Below, in pieces: positions 27,937 through 36,873 of a stretch of DNA of 64,000 nt (position 1 is the first letter of the stretch; each line of letters begins with the position of its first letter). The DNA comes from Puia sp. (lineage in GTDB: Bacteria > Bacteroidota > Bacteroidia > Chitinophagales > Chitinophagaceae), in assembly GCA_035545935.1 (NCBI GenBank), contig DASZXP010000227.1:655-64654 (forward strand). The letters run 5' to 3'. Made by a program: the position numbers and the translations under genes. The notes beneath the pieces were generated by a model. The model worked only from the letters and a program-made list of their open reading frames with translations. It was not told where the DNA came from and did no database searches.

Positions 27937-30438
27937 ATGAGCGCCTCCAACAAGCCCGTAGTGGTTGTCATCGGCAATGGCATGGTCGGTCACAGGTTCT
28001 GTGAGAAACTAATGGCTGCCACCTCCTCCTTCCGGATCATCGTTTTTGGCGAAGAGTCCCGGCCGGCGTACGACCGGGTGCACCTGAGCGAGTATTTTAA
28101 TGGGCGGTCGGCCCATGACCTCAGCCTTTCCATGGCAGGCTGGTTTGATGAGCAGGATGTGGAGCTGCACATAGGGGACCCCGTAAGGGAGATCGACCGG
28201 GCAGCCCGGGTGGTGCACTCGAGAAAAGGCATTGTCCAGCCATATGACTGGCTGGTGCTGGCCACCGGCTCCGCCGCCTTTGTACCGGATATCAGCGGTA
28301 TCGAGAAAAAGGGCGTATTCGTCTATCGTACCATCGAAGACCTGGACCTGATCCGGGAGTATGCACGGAGCGCTCAATGTGCAGCCGTCATGGGAGGGGG
28401 GCTGTTGGGGCTGGAGGCTGCCAAAGCCCTGCTCGACCTGGGCATCCCCGATCCCTATGTCATCGAATTTGCCAGCCGTCTGATGCCCAGGCAGATCGAC
28501 AGCGCGGGCAGCCATATCCTGGAGACGAGATTGAAGAAGCTGGGACTGCAGATCCTGCTGAATAAGAGCACCCTGGCGGTGGAAGGCGGGGAGAGCATCC
28601 GCGCCCTGCGTTTTGCCGACGATACAAGCCTGGACCTGGACATGCTGGTCATCTCTGCGGGTATACGGCCCCGTGACGAGCTGGCGAGACTGGCCGGACT
28701 GCAGGTAGGTACCCGAGGCGGCATTCTGGTCAACGAAAAAATGCAAACCAACGACCCGCATATCTTCGCCGTCGGGGAATGCGCGCTGGCATCCGGGATG
28801 ATCTATGGACTGGTGGCGCCGGGATATGAGATGGCGGAAGTGGTGGTCTCTCAATTGACGGAAGGCAACGAATCTTTCACCGGATTTGACATGAGCACCA
28901 AGCTAAAGCTTATTGGCGTGGATGTGGCCAGCTTTGGGGATGCTTTTGTCAGCGAGCCGGATAGCAGGACCATCGTATTCGAGGACAGACATAAAGGCAT
29001 TTACAAACGGATCAATATTACCGGCGATGGAACACGTCTGCTGGGTGGGATCCTTATAGGGGATGCCGCGGCATATAATATATTATTACAGACCGTCAAT
29101 AACCGGCTGCCGCTGCCTCCGGACCCGGAAGACCTGGTCCTTGGCAGCCGGGGCGGCGCCGCTACCGGCGCCGGCGTGATGGACCTTCCCGACGAGGCGT
29201 TGATCTGTTCCTGCGAGGCTGTTACCAAGGCGGCGATCTGTACGGCCGTAACGGAAAAAGGCGTCGAATCGATGGAGGGAATGAAGAAGTGTACGAAGGC
29301 TGGAACGGGCTGTGGCGGCTGCGTACCCTTGGTAAAGGACCTGATCGCCGGAACATTGAAGGCGAATGGACGCTATATCCGCAATGTCATTTGCGAACAT
29401 TTCGATCAATCCCGCCAGGAGCTGTTGCATCTTATAAAGCTCCATGATATAAAGACCTATGACGAGGTGCTGGGCCGTTGGGGGAAAGGCGATGGATGCG
29501 AGGTCTGCAAACCGGCCGTGGCCAGCATCCTGGCCAGCTGCTGGAATGAGAATATCCAACAGCAGCCTGTTATACAGGACAGCAATGACCGGTTCCTGGC
29601 CAATATCCAGAAAGGCGGCACCTATTCTGTCGTGCCCCGCATACCCGGCGGAGAGATCACTCCCGAGAAGCTCATCGTACTGGGCAAGGTGGCAAAGAAA
29701 TACAACCTCTATACAAAGATCACGGGCGGACAACGTATCGACCTCTTTGGCGCGCATGTGGGCGACCTGCCCGATATATGGGAAGAGCTGATCGAGGCGG
29801 GTTTCGAGAGCGGCCATGCATATGGTAAGGCCCTTCGCACCGTAAAAAGCTGTGTCGGCAGCACCTGGTGCCGTTTTGGTTTGCACGACAGCGTCTCTTT
29901 CGCCATCGAGGTAGAAGAAAGATACCGCGGTATCCGTGCTCCGCATAAATTAAAAGGCGGCGTCAGCGGTTGTATCCGCGAATGCGCCGAAGCGCAAAGC
30001 AAGGACTTTGGCATCATCGCCACCGAGAAGGGATGGAACCTGTATGTCTGTGGCAATGGCGGGTCCAAACCACAGCACGCACAGCTCCTGGCTACCGACA
30101 TCGATACCGCAACGGTGATACGCTATCTCGACAGATTCCTCATGTTCTATATCCAGACTGCTGATCCCCTGACCCGCACCGCCACCTGGCTGAATAAGAT
30201 GGATGGCGGTATGTCCTACCTGAAGAATGTGGTCCTGGAGGACAGTCTGGGCATGGCAGCGCAATGGGAGGCAGAGATGCAGGCGCTGGTGAATAGCTAT
30301 AAGTGTGAATGGAAGGAAGTGGTGGAAGATCCCGCCCTCCGGCAGCGGTTCGTTCATTTTGTAAATGCGCCCCGAAAAAAAGACCCCAGCGTATCCTTCG
30401 ATGACATGCGGGGACAGATCAAGGCCAAAGAATGGTAA
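27937..30438 (+). CDS. nirB: NADH-dependent nitrite reductase, large subunit
   Basis: FAD/NAD sites IGNGMVG and GGGLLGLEAA, two BFD-like Cys clusters and the siroheme/4Fe-4S ligands CVGSTWC...GCIREC. Confidence 0.97.
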   Translation: MSASNKPVVVVIGNGMVGHRFCEKLMAATSSFRIIVFGEESRPAYDRVHLSEYFNGRSAHDLSLSMAGWFDEQDVELHIGDPVREIDRAARVVHSRKGIVQPYDWLVLATGSAAFVPDISGIEKKGVFVYRTIEDLDLIREYARSAQCAAVMGGGLLGLEAAKALLDLGIPDPYVIEFASRLMPRQIDSAGSHILETRLKKLGLQILLNKSTLAVEGGESIRALRFADDTSLDLDMLVISAGIRPRDELARLAGLQVGTRGGILVNEKMQTNDPHIFAVGECALASGMIYGLVAPGYEMAEVVVSQLTEGNESFTGFDMSTKLKLIGVDVASFGDAFVSEPDSRTIVFEDRHKGIYKRINITGDGTRLLGGILIGDAAAYNILLQTVNNRLPLPPDPEDLVLGSRGGAATGAGVMDLPDEALICSCEAVTKAAICTAVTEKGVESMEGMKKCTKAGTGCGGCVPLVKDLIAGTLKANGRYIRNVICEHFDQSRQELLHLIKLHDIKTYDEVLGRWGKGDGCEVCKPAVASILASCWNENIQQQPVIQDSNDRFLANIQKGGTYSVVPRIPGGEITPEKLIVLGKVAKKYNLYTKITGGQRIDLFGAHVGDLPDIWEELIEAGFESGHAYGKALRTVKSCVGSTWCRFGLHDSVSFAIEVEERYRGIRAPHKLKGGVSGCIRECAEAQSKDFGIIATEKGWNLYVCGNGGSKPQHAQLLATDIDTATVIRYLDRFLMFYIQTADPLTRTATWLNKMDGGMSYLKNVVLEDSLGMAAQWEAEMQALVNSYKCEWKEVVEDPALRQRFVHFVNAPRKKDPSVSFDDMRGQIKAKEW

Positions 30439-30449
30439 ATAAACTTTTT

Positions 30450-30797
30450 ATGGAAATAACTACGACTCCCAAATGGAGATTTGCCTGTCAGGTGGAAGAT
30501 ATCCCTTCCGATGGGGGCGCCTGTGTCAGCCTCGGTGAGGAACAGATCGCGATCTTTAATTTCTCCCGCCGTGGACAATGGTATGCCACCGAGAACCGCT
30601 GTCCGCACAAACAGCAGATGGCGCTGTCCCGTGGCATGACCGGCAGCATGGGGGAACAGTGCGAACCCAAAGTGGCCTGTCCCTTTCACAAAAAGACCTT
30701 TTCGCTGACGACGGGCGAATGCCTGACGGGGGAGGATTATAAGATCAGGACCTTTCCGGTGAAAGTGAAGGAGGGTAAGCTGTATATTTGGGTATAA
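30450..30797 (+). CDS. nirD: Nitrite reductase small (Rieske-type) subunit
   Basis: QIAIF, ENRCPHK, SRG..G and VACPFHK motifs; likely start MEITTTPKW. Confidence 0.93.
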   Translation: MEITTTPKWRFACQVEDIPSDGGACVSLGEEQIAIFNFSRRGQWYATENRCPHKQQMALSRGMTGSMGEQCEPKVACPFHKKTFSLTTGECLTGEDYKIRTFPVKVKEGKLYIWV

Positions 30798-30805
30798 ATC
30801 GATAC

Positions 30806-31756
30806 ATGCGCGACATCTCCCACAAACAGATCACGCTCCGCACCGCAGACGCCATGGGTGTCATCTTCTGTTCACCCACTACCATCGAGCTTATCCGCAA
30901 TGACCAGCTGCCAAAAGGCAACCTCTTCGACGTGGCCCGCGCCGCCGCTTTCCTGGGAGCCAAGAGTACGCCACAGCTGCTGCCCCATTGTCACCCCGTG
31001 ACCATCGATGGGATGGACCTGCAATTTGAATTTCTCGACAAAGACCTGCACGGTCATTTACTGAACGCCGAAGTGTTCACCCGCCATGGCATCCTGATAA
31101 AAGGCCAGGCCCGCTCCATCGGCAGGACTGGCATCGAGATGGAAATGCTGATGGGCATATCCGTGGCCGCGCTGGAGATCTACGATATGCTCAAGCCCGT
31201 GGACAAGCAGTTGGAGATCGGTCATATCCGCCTGCTGGAAAAAAAGGGAGGGAAGAGCGACAGGGAACGATACTTCGCCACGCCCCCTTCCTGCGCCGTG
31301 CTGGTATGTTCGGACTCGACGGCGGCGGGCAAAAGAGAGGACAATAGCGGGAAGATCATCTGCGAAATGCTGGAATCCGTGCGCGCGCAGGTAAAATATT
31401 ATGATATCATCCCCGATGACAAAGAGGCTATCCAGGGAAAGATACGCAAATGGGTGACCGAAGATATACAATTCATCTTCACGACAGGCGGAACAGGCCT
31501 TGGCCCCCGCGACAACACCGTCGATGCGGTACAGGAGATGCTCGAACGGGATGCCGACGGCATCGTGGAAGCCATGCGTGTCTATGGTCAGATGCGTACT
31601 CCCATGGCCATGATGAGCAGGGCCGTAGCAGGGTCCATCGCAGAAACCCTCGTCGTTACCCTGCCCGGCAGCAGCGCCGGCGCCCGGGAATCCCTGGAAG
31701 CGATCCTGCCCGCCATATTCCATGCGCGCAAGATGATGAAAGGAGGGGGGCATTGA
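30806..31756 (+). CDS. moaCB: MoaC-MoaB/Mog fusion (Moco biosynthesis)
   Basis: LLPHCHP, G.EMEML and IYDMLKP (MoaC), followed by TTGGTGLGPRD.T and TLPGS (MogA/MoaB). Likely start MRDISHK. Confidence 0.9.
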   Translation: MRDISHKQITLRTADAMGVIFCSPTTIELIRNDQLPKGNLFDVARAAAFLGAKSTPQLLPHCHPVTIDGMDLQFEFLDKDLHGHLLNAEVFTRHGILIKGQARSIGRTGIEMEMLMGISVAALEIYDMLKPVDKQLEIGHIRLLEKKGGKSDRERYFATPPSCAVLVCSDSTAAGKREDNSGKIICEMLESVRAQVKYYDIIPDDKEAIQGKIRKWVTEDIQFIFTTGGTGLGPRDNTVDAVQEMLERDADGIVEAMRVYGQMRTPMAMMSRAVAGSIAETLVVTLPGSSAGARESLEAILPAIFHARKMMKGGGH

Positions 31757-31757
31757 T

Positions 31758-32942
31758 ATGATAAATTATACCGAAGCCCTGGCAATGGTGCGGTCGAAAG
31801 CACATTCGTTCGGAACAGAAACAATCCCCCTGGACCAGGCCTATGGCCGCGCCCTCGCCGGCCTGGTTCGATCAGACAGAGATTATCCCCCTTTCGACAG
31901 GGCTACCATGGATGGCTATGCGCTCCGGAGCAATGACCTGCAACAACACATCCGTGCATTCAGGATCATAGAGACCATCCTGGCAGGTGATAGCGCAACC
32001 CGGTCGTTGTCGTCCGCGGAGTGCTACAAGATCATGACCGGTGCATCGGTGCCGGCAGGCGCCGACATAGTGATACGCAGAGAAGACACGATAGAGGAGG
32101 GGAGCGTCGTCCGGATACAGACAGAGACGACAAGACCATGGCTTAATATCGCCCGGAGAGGCGAAGACCTGAAAGATGGAGACATCGTCATCGATAGCCC
32201 CTGTATGGCCGACCCCGCGATCATCGGACTGCTGGCTTCGTTGGGGCAAAAAGAGCTGAAAGTGGCCCAACTACCCAGGGTTGCCCTGATCACCACAGGG
32301 AACGAAATAGTGCCGATGGAGACAACGCCGGGTCCCACGCAGATACGCAACAGCAATCGCTGGCTATTACAGGCTTTTTTAAAGAAATGGCAGATCGACC
32401 CCTGGTTGTATCAGCATGCTCCCGATGACAAAATCCTCTTAAGGGCGGCATTGGAAAAAGCGCTGCCGGCCGACATGGTCATCCTTTGCGGCGGCGTCTC
32501 TGCCGGCGACGCGGATCATGTCCCCGAGACGCTGGAGGCTGCGGGCGTTACCCGGCTCTTTCATAAATTGGCCATCAAGCCGGGAAAACCCGTCTGGTGC
32601 GGCAGCGGCCCCCGTGACACAATGGTGTTTGCCCTACCCGGCAACCCTTTCTCCTGCCTGGTAGGATTTATATTGCTGATCCAGCCTTATTTGAAGGCTT
32701 GCTTCGGTGTCCCGGAGGAAGGACCCCTAAGCCTCCCTATGAGCGTGGCAAAGAAAAAGAGCACGCCCCTGGATGAATTCTTCCCTGTCCGCGTGCAGGG
32801 CGCTCCCGCCGGACTATTGCCCGTGTCGCTCAACGGGTCCGGGGACATCCGGCTGGGAATGCAGGCCAATGCCCTGGCCTTACATCCGTCGGGCATGCCG
32901 GACCTGGCCGCCGGGGACAATGTTGCCTATCTATCCTTGTGA
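31758..32942 (+). CDS. moeA: Molybdopterin molybdotransferase
   Basis: PPFDRATMDGYA, IMTGA.VP, ITTGNE and KPGKP...LPGNP motifs. Confidence 0.93.
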   Translation: MINYTEALAMVRSKAHSFGTETIPLDQAYGRALAGLVRSDRDYPPFDRATMDGYALRSNDLQQHIRAFRIIETILAGDSATRSLSSAECYKIMTGASVPAGADIVIRREDTIEEGSVVRIQTETTRPWLNIARRGEDLKDGDIVIDSPCMADPAIIGLLASLGQKELKVAQLPRVALITTGNEIVPMETTPGPTQIRNSNRWLLQAFLKKWQIDPWLYQHAPDDKILLRAALEKALPADMVILCGGVSAGDADHVPETLEAAGVTRLFHKLAIKPGKPVWCGSGPRDTMVFALPGNPFSCLVGFILLIQPYLKACFGVPEEGPLSLPMSVAKKKSTPLDEFFPVRVQGAPAGLLPVSLNGSGDIRLGMQANALALHPSGMPDLAAGDNVAYLSL

Positions 32943-32956
32943 TCCCCACAACATAG

Positions 32957-33652
32957 CTATCCTTCCGTCTCGCGTGTGAGCGCACGTAACTTATCGAGGT
33001 CCAGTAAGACAATATTTTTTCCCTCCGTCCGTATGGACCGTTCGTCCGTGAATTCGTTGATAATGCGGAAGACCGTCTCGTAGGTGGTGCCTGCATAGGA
33101 GGCAAGGTCCTGCCGGCTCAATGAGATGTCGATAAATCCTTCCGCCGTCGTTCCGAACTTTTCCTGCAAGGCCAGCAATGCCTGTGCAATACGTCCTTTT
33201 ACCTGCATATGGGCCAGGTTGCGCATTTTTCTCTCCGACTCCTGCAGTTCGTCGGCAAAGAAGAGCAGCAGCTGAAAAATGAACTCGTAATTCACTTTCA
33301 GCGTGGATTGAAAGAAATCCAGATCGATATAACAAACATCGACAGGCTCGAGGGCCGTGGCGGAGATAGGATAATAAACGTTGTGCCCCAGTCCCCGGTG
33401 CCCCAAAATATCTCCCCGTTGGGCAAATCGTATGATGAGCTCTTTTTCCGACCCCCATCTTTTATGGACTTTTACCTTGCCGCTATAGACAAAATAGATC
33501 CCTTTTACTTCTTCCCCTTCCTGGAAAAGGAGCTCTCCCTTTTTATAATGAAAACTTTTTTTATGGGCCTCGACGGCTGGTATCCATTCGGGTAAACATC
33601 GTTTGCAGAGAAAGCAGCTTTTCAGATCACAGGTATGATTAATTTTCTTCAT
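32957..33652 (-). CDS. Crp/Fnr family regulator with N-terminal Cys cluster
   Basis: Start MKKINHTCDLKSCFLCKRC, a cNMP-like domain and HTH SRQDLASYAGTTYETVFR. Confidence 0.9.
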   Translation of the reverse strand: MKKINHTCDLKSCFLCKRCLPEWIPAVEAHKKSFHYKKGELLFQEGEEVKGIYFVYSGKVKVHKRWGSEKELIIRFAQRGDILGHRGLGHNVYYPISATALEPVDVCYIDLDFFQSTLKVNYEFIFQLLLFFADELQESERKMRNLAHMQVKGRIAQALLALQEKFGTTAEGFIDISLSRQDLASYAGTTYETVFRIINEFTDERSIRTEGKNIVLLDLDKLRALTRETEG

Positions 33653-34053
33653 GTCCGTCGCATTGGGGGATTGCCGGGGCAAATGTACTTCGAAACCCGA
33701 CAAATAATTATATTATTTAAATAAATATATGTTTATTGCAAGATAAAAGAGCTAAAATAGGGTATAAATTCATTATTTTTATGATGTACGTAATGTTTGA
33801 GTGGAATTAATTCGATAGGTAGTATAATAAACATTAAATGTATTTTATTTTAATGTATCAAGTCACCCGTCTTTTCCCTCGCTAAACTATTACGTAGTCA
33901 CCCGTCTGCGATAGCCTTCCACGTCTGCGATCAGCCTGCTATGCGAAATCACCGGTGCACCTTCCGGTATACAAAAAATGGCCTCGGTAGAGTAACAGTC
34001 TATCCGAGGCCTGAAGGATAAAATGAATGCTCATTTTAAACCAAAACAAATTT

Positions 34054-35553
34054 ATGATGAAAAAAAGAGATTTCATCGTAGCATTCGTAAGCCTGTTGGT
34101 CCTGGGACGGCCACTCGGCGGACATGCTCAATTTTCTCTCACGGGACAGCTTCGCACCCGTACAGAACTCAGGGACGGCTACGGCACCCTGGAAACGAAA
34201 GGTAACACACCCGCTTTCCTCACCTCCCAACGCGCGCGTCTTAACTTCAGCTACCGTTCTTCCAGAGTGGTTTTCCAGGCCTCCCTACAGGATGTACGGG
34301 TCTGGGGCGCGGATGCCTCCACCATCAACAATGCCGACGGCAATCGCCTCAGCCTGCATGAAGCCTGGGCCGACATCATCCTGGCCAACGCAAAGGACAG
34401 CGCCCTGCCAAAAAACGCTGTCGACTACTTCAGCATACGCATTGGCAGACAGGAGCTGGTATACGACGATCAGCGGCTGCTGGGCAATCTCGACTGGCTG
34501 CAGCAGGCCCGGCGTCACGATGCCGTCGTCTTCAAACTCCTGCACAAAGGCTGGCAGGCGGACCTGGGCGCCGCCTTCAACCAAAACACGGATGCGGTGG
34601 GATATAACGGCACCTATTATACGCCCGGCAACCTGCTCCCTTATGTAAAGGACAGCAAGGGCAACCTGGCCCCTACGCCTGCCGCGATGATACCCCTCGC
34701 CAACGCCGCAGGACTGAGCGCCCGTACAGGCTCCCCCGTGCTGGCTACCGCTGCCGGCACCAACGGCATGAACCAGGATTACAAATCCATGCAGTTCCTC
34801 TACCTGGCTAAAAAATTCGGCAGCACACGTATCGCGGGACTGGCTTTCTCCGACGAATTTGCGAGATACAGCCTCGACTCCGTAAAGAACATCGCCGGTA
34901 CGGATACAGGATATATATATGGCCGTAGGTTCAACCACAGCGGCGTTAACACCCGCGTGACCGCCGGCGCCTTATTGACAAGCCGGCTGGGGCAGAAAAA
35001 GGATTGGACCCTGCAGGCCGGCTACTATTACCAGACAGGTAAAAGCAAGGACGGCGTCGCCCTTGGCTCCTATACCACTACCTTGTCCCTTGCCTTTGCC
35101 CGGCAACGCTTTATCTGGACAGCGGGCTGGGATTATTTAAAAGGAGGGTTCGACCCCTTATACGGAACGCCCCATAAATTCTGGGGATCCATGGATTATT
35201 TCTATGCCGCCTCCGGATCGCCGGCCGCGGGACTGAACAACCCTTTCCTGAAAGCAAAATATAGTTCACAGGGAGGGCGGTTCCTGGTGGAGCTGGCCTA
35301 TCACTATTTCGCCTTTGCCGACGATCAGCAGGACGCCAAGGGCGATCCGCTGTCCAAATATTTGGGCAGCGAAGTGGATGTCACACTGGACTACAGCCTG
35401 AACAAGATCACGACGCTGGAGCTGGGCGCCTCCCGGATGGCGGCCACACACAGCATGGAATACGCCAAGGGCATCACCCCCGGCGCCGCTCGTCTGAACG
35501 CCGGCTGGGTCTATCTGCAGGTAAACATCCGCCCGGACTTCTTTAATAAATAA
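34054..35553 (+). CDS. Alginate-export (AlgE-like) family outer-membrane porin
   Basis: Signal peptide, GQLRTRTELRDGY, SLQDVRVWG, IGRQEL.YDDQRLLGNLDW.Q.AR.HD and LYGTPHKFWG.MDYF. Confidence 0.8.
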   Translation: MMKKRDFIVAFVSLLVLGRPLGGHAQFSLTGQLRTRTELRDGYGTLETKGNTPAFLTSQRARLNFSYRSSRVVFQASLQDVRVWGADASTINNADGNRLSLHEAWADIILANAKDSALPKNAVDYFSIRIGRQELVYDDQRLLGNLDWLQQARRHDAVVFKLLHKGWQADLGAAFNQNTDAVGYNGTYYTPGNLLPYVKDSKGNLAPTPAAMIPLANAAGLSARTGSPVLATAAGTNGMNQDYKSMQFLYLAKKFGSTRIAGLAFSDEFARYSLDSVKNIAGTDTGYIYGRRFNHSGVNTRVTAGALLTSRLGQKKDWTLQAGYYYQTGKSKDGVALGSYTTTLSLAFARQRFIWTAGWDYLKGGFDPLYGTPHKFWGSMDYFYAASGSPAAGLNNPFLKAKYSSQGGRFLVELAYHYFAFADDQQDAKGDPLSKYLGSEVDVTLDYSLNKITTLELGASRMAATHSMEYAKGITPGAARLNAGWVYLQVNIRPDFFNK

Positions 35554-35580
35554 GATACCTACATCTATAAAAAATTTCAC

Positions 35581-36873
35581 ATGATCTCCAACAACCAACC
35601 TCTTACTTCCATCCGCCTGTTTTCGCTCAGCAGCATACAAATGCGCACCTTCCATATCACCTGGCTGATGTTCTTCGTTTGTTTTTTCGGATGGTTCGGA
35701 TTGGCGCCACTGATGCCGACCATTCGAGCCGACCTGGGGTTGACCAAGGCGCAGATAGGAAACACCATTATCGCATCCGTGTCTTCCACGATCCTGGCCA
35801 GACTGATCATCGGCAGGCTTTGCGATAAATGGGGACCGCGCAAGACGGCCATACGACTGCTGTTGATAGGATCCATACCCGTCTTCCTGGTGGGACTGGC
35901 AAAAGACTATACCACCTTCCTGCTGTTCCGTTTGGCTATTGGAATTATCGGCGCCTCTTTTGTCATCACGCAATTCCATGCCTCTATGATGTTTGCGCCT
36001 AACATTCGAGGCACGGCCAACGCCATTACCGGAGGCTGGGGCAACCTGGGCGGTGGCGTGACCAATATGGTAATGCCATTGATCTTTGCCGCCATCGTGG
36101 GCTTTGGCTATACCAAACACGAAGCCTGGCGTTATGCCATGATCCTGCCGGGGCTGATGATGCTGGTCATCGCCTTTCTTTACTATCGTTATACGAAGGA
36201 TACGCCCCAAGGTAATTTTTCGGACATCGGACGCAGCAGCTCCGCGGGCAGGACAGACTGGTCGGCCCTGGCTGACTGGCGCGTATGGGCATTGATGTTG
36301 GCGTATGGCTGCTGCTTTGGCATGGAGATCACCTTCGACAATGTGGCATCCCTTCATTTCGTGGATTCTTTCAAACTTTCTCAAAGCAGCGCGGGTCTCT
36401 GGGCCGGTATCTTTGGGGCCATGAACCTTTTTGCCCGCGCTCTGGGCGGGATGATATCCGACAAGGTCGGGGCGCGTTGGGGACTCCGGGGGAAGGGGAT
36501 CTTGCTGGCCGCAGTGCTCCTGCTGGAAGGAGCAGGACTTGTCGCCTTTGCCGCCGCCGGCTCTTTTGCGCTGGCCATCGTCTGTATGCTGTCCTTTGCG
36601 CTATTCCTTAAAATGGCCAATGGCGCCACCTATGGCATAACACCTTTTATCAACGAAAAAAATATAGGACTCGTCAGCGGCGTGGTAGGCGCGGGAGGGA
36701 ACTTAGGAGGTATGATCTTTGGGTTCCTGTTCAAATCGGAATCTATCAGCTATGTGCAAGCCTTTACATATATAGGCTTTACGGTCATGATCGTATCCCT
36801 GATCATTCTGTCGACCCGCTTCCGGAAGGAAACTTCCGAAGAAATAGCCCTGGCGGAAACAGCATTTTCATGA
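35581..36873 (+). CDS. NarK/NRT2 family nitrate/nitrite MFS transporter
   Basis: Nitrate signature GTANAITGGWGNLGGG and FARALGG..SD; multiple TM helices consistent with an MFS fold. Confidence 0.92.
   Translation: MISNNQPLTSIRLFSLSSIQMRTFHITWLMFFVCFFGWFGLAPLMPTIRADLGLTKAQIGNTIIASVSSTILARLIIGRLCDKWGPRKTAIRLLLIGSIPVFLVGLAKDYTTFLLFRLAIGIIGASFVITQFHASMMFAPNIRGTANAITGGWGNLGGGVTNMVMPLIFAAIVGFGYTKHEAWRYAMILPGLMMLVIAFLYYRYTKDTPQGNFSDIGRSSSAGRTDWSALADWRVWALMLAYGCCFGMEITFDNVASLHFVDSFKLSQSSAGLWAGIFGAMNLFARALGGMISDKVGARWGLRGKGILLAAVLLLEGAGLVAFAAAGSFALAIVCMLSFALFLKMANGATYGITPFINEKNIGLVSGVVGAGGNLGGMIFGFLFKSESISYVQAFTYIGFTVMIVSLIILSTRFRKETSEEIALAETAFS

Noticed and set aside
27723-34053. Canonical FNR boxes in the nitrate-cluster promoters
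   Set aside because: No TTGAT-N4-ATCAA match; the closest (ATGAT-GTAC-GTAAT, 33781) is too degenerate to call.
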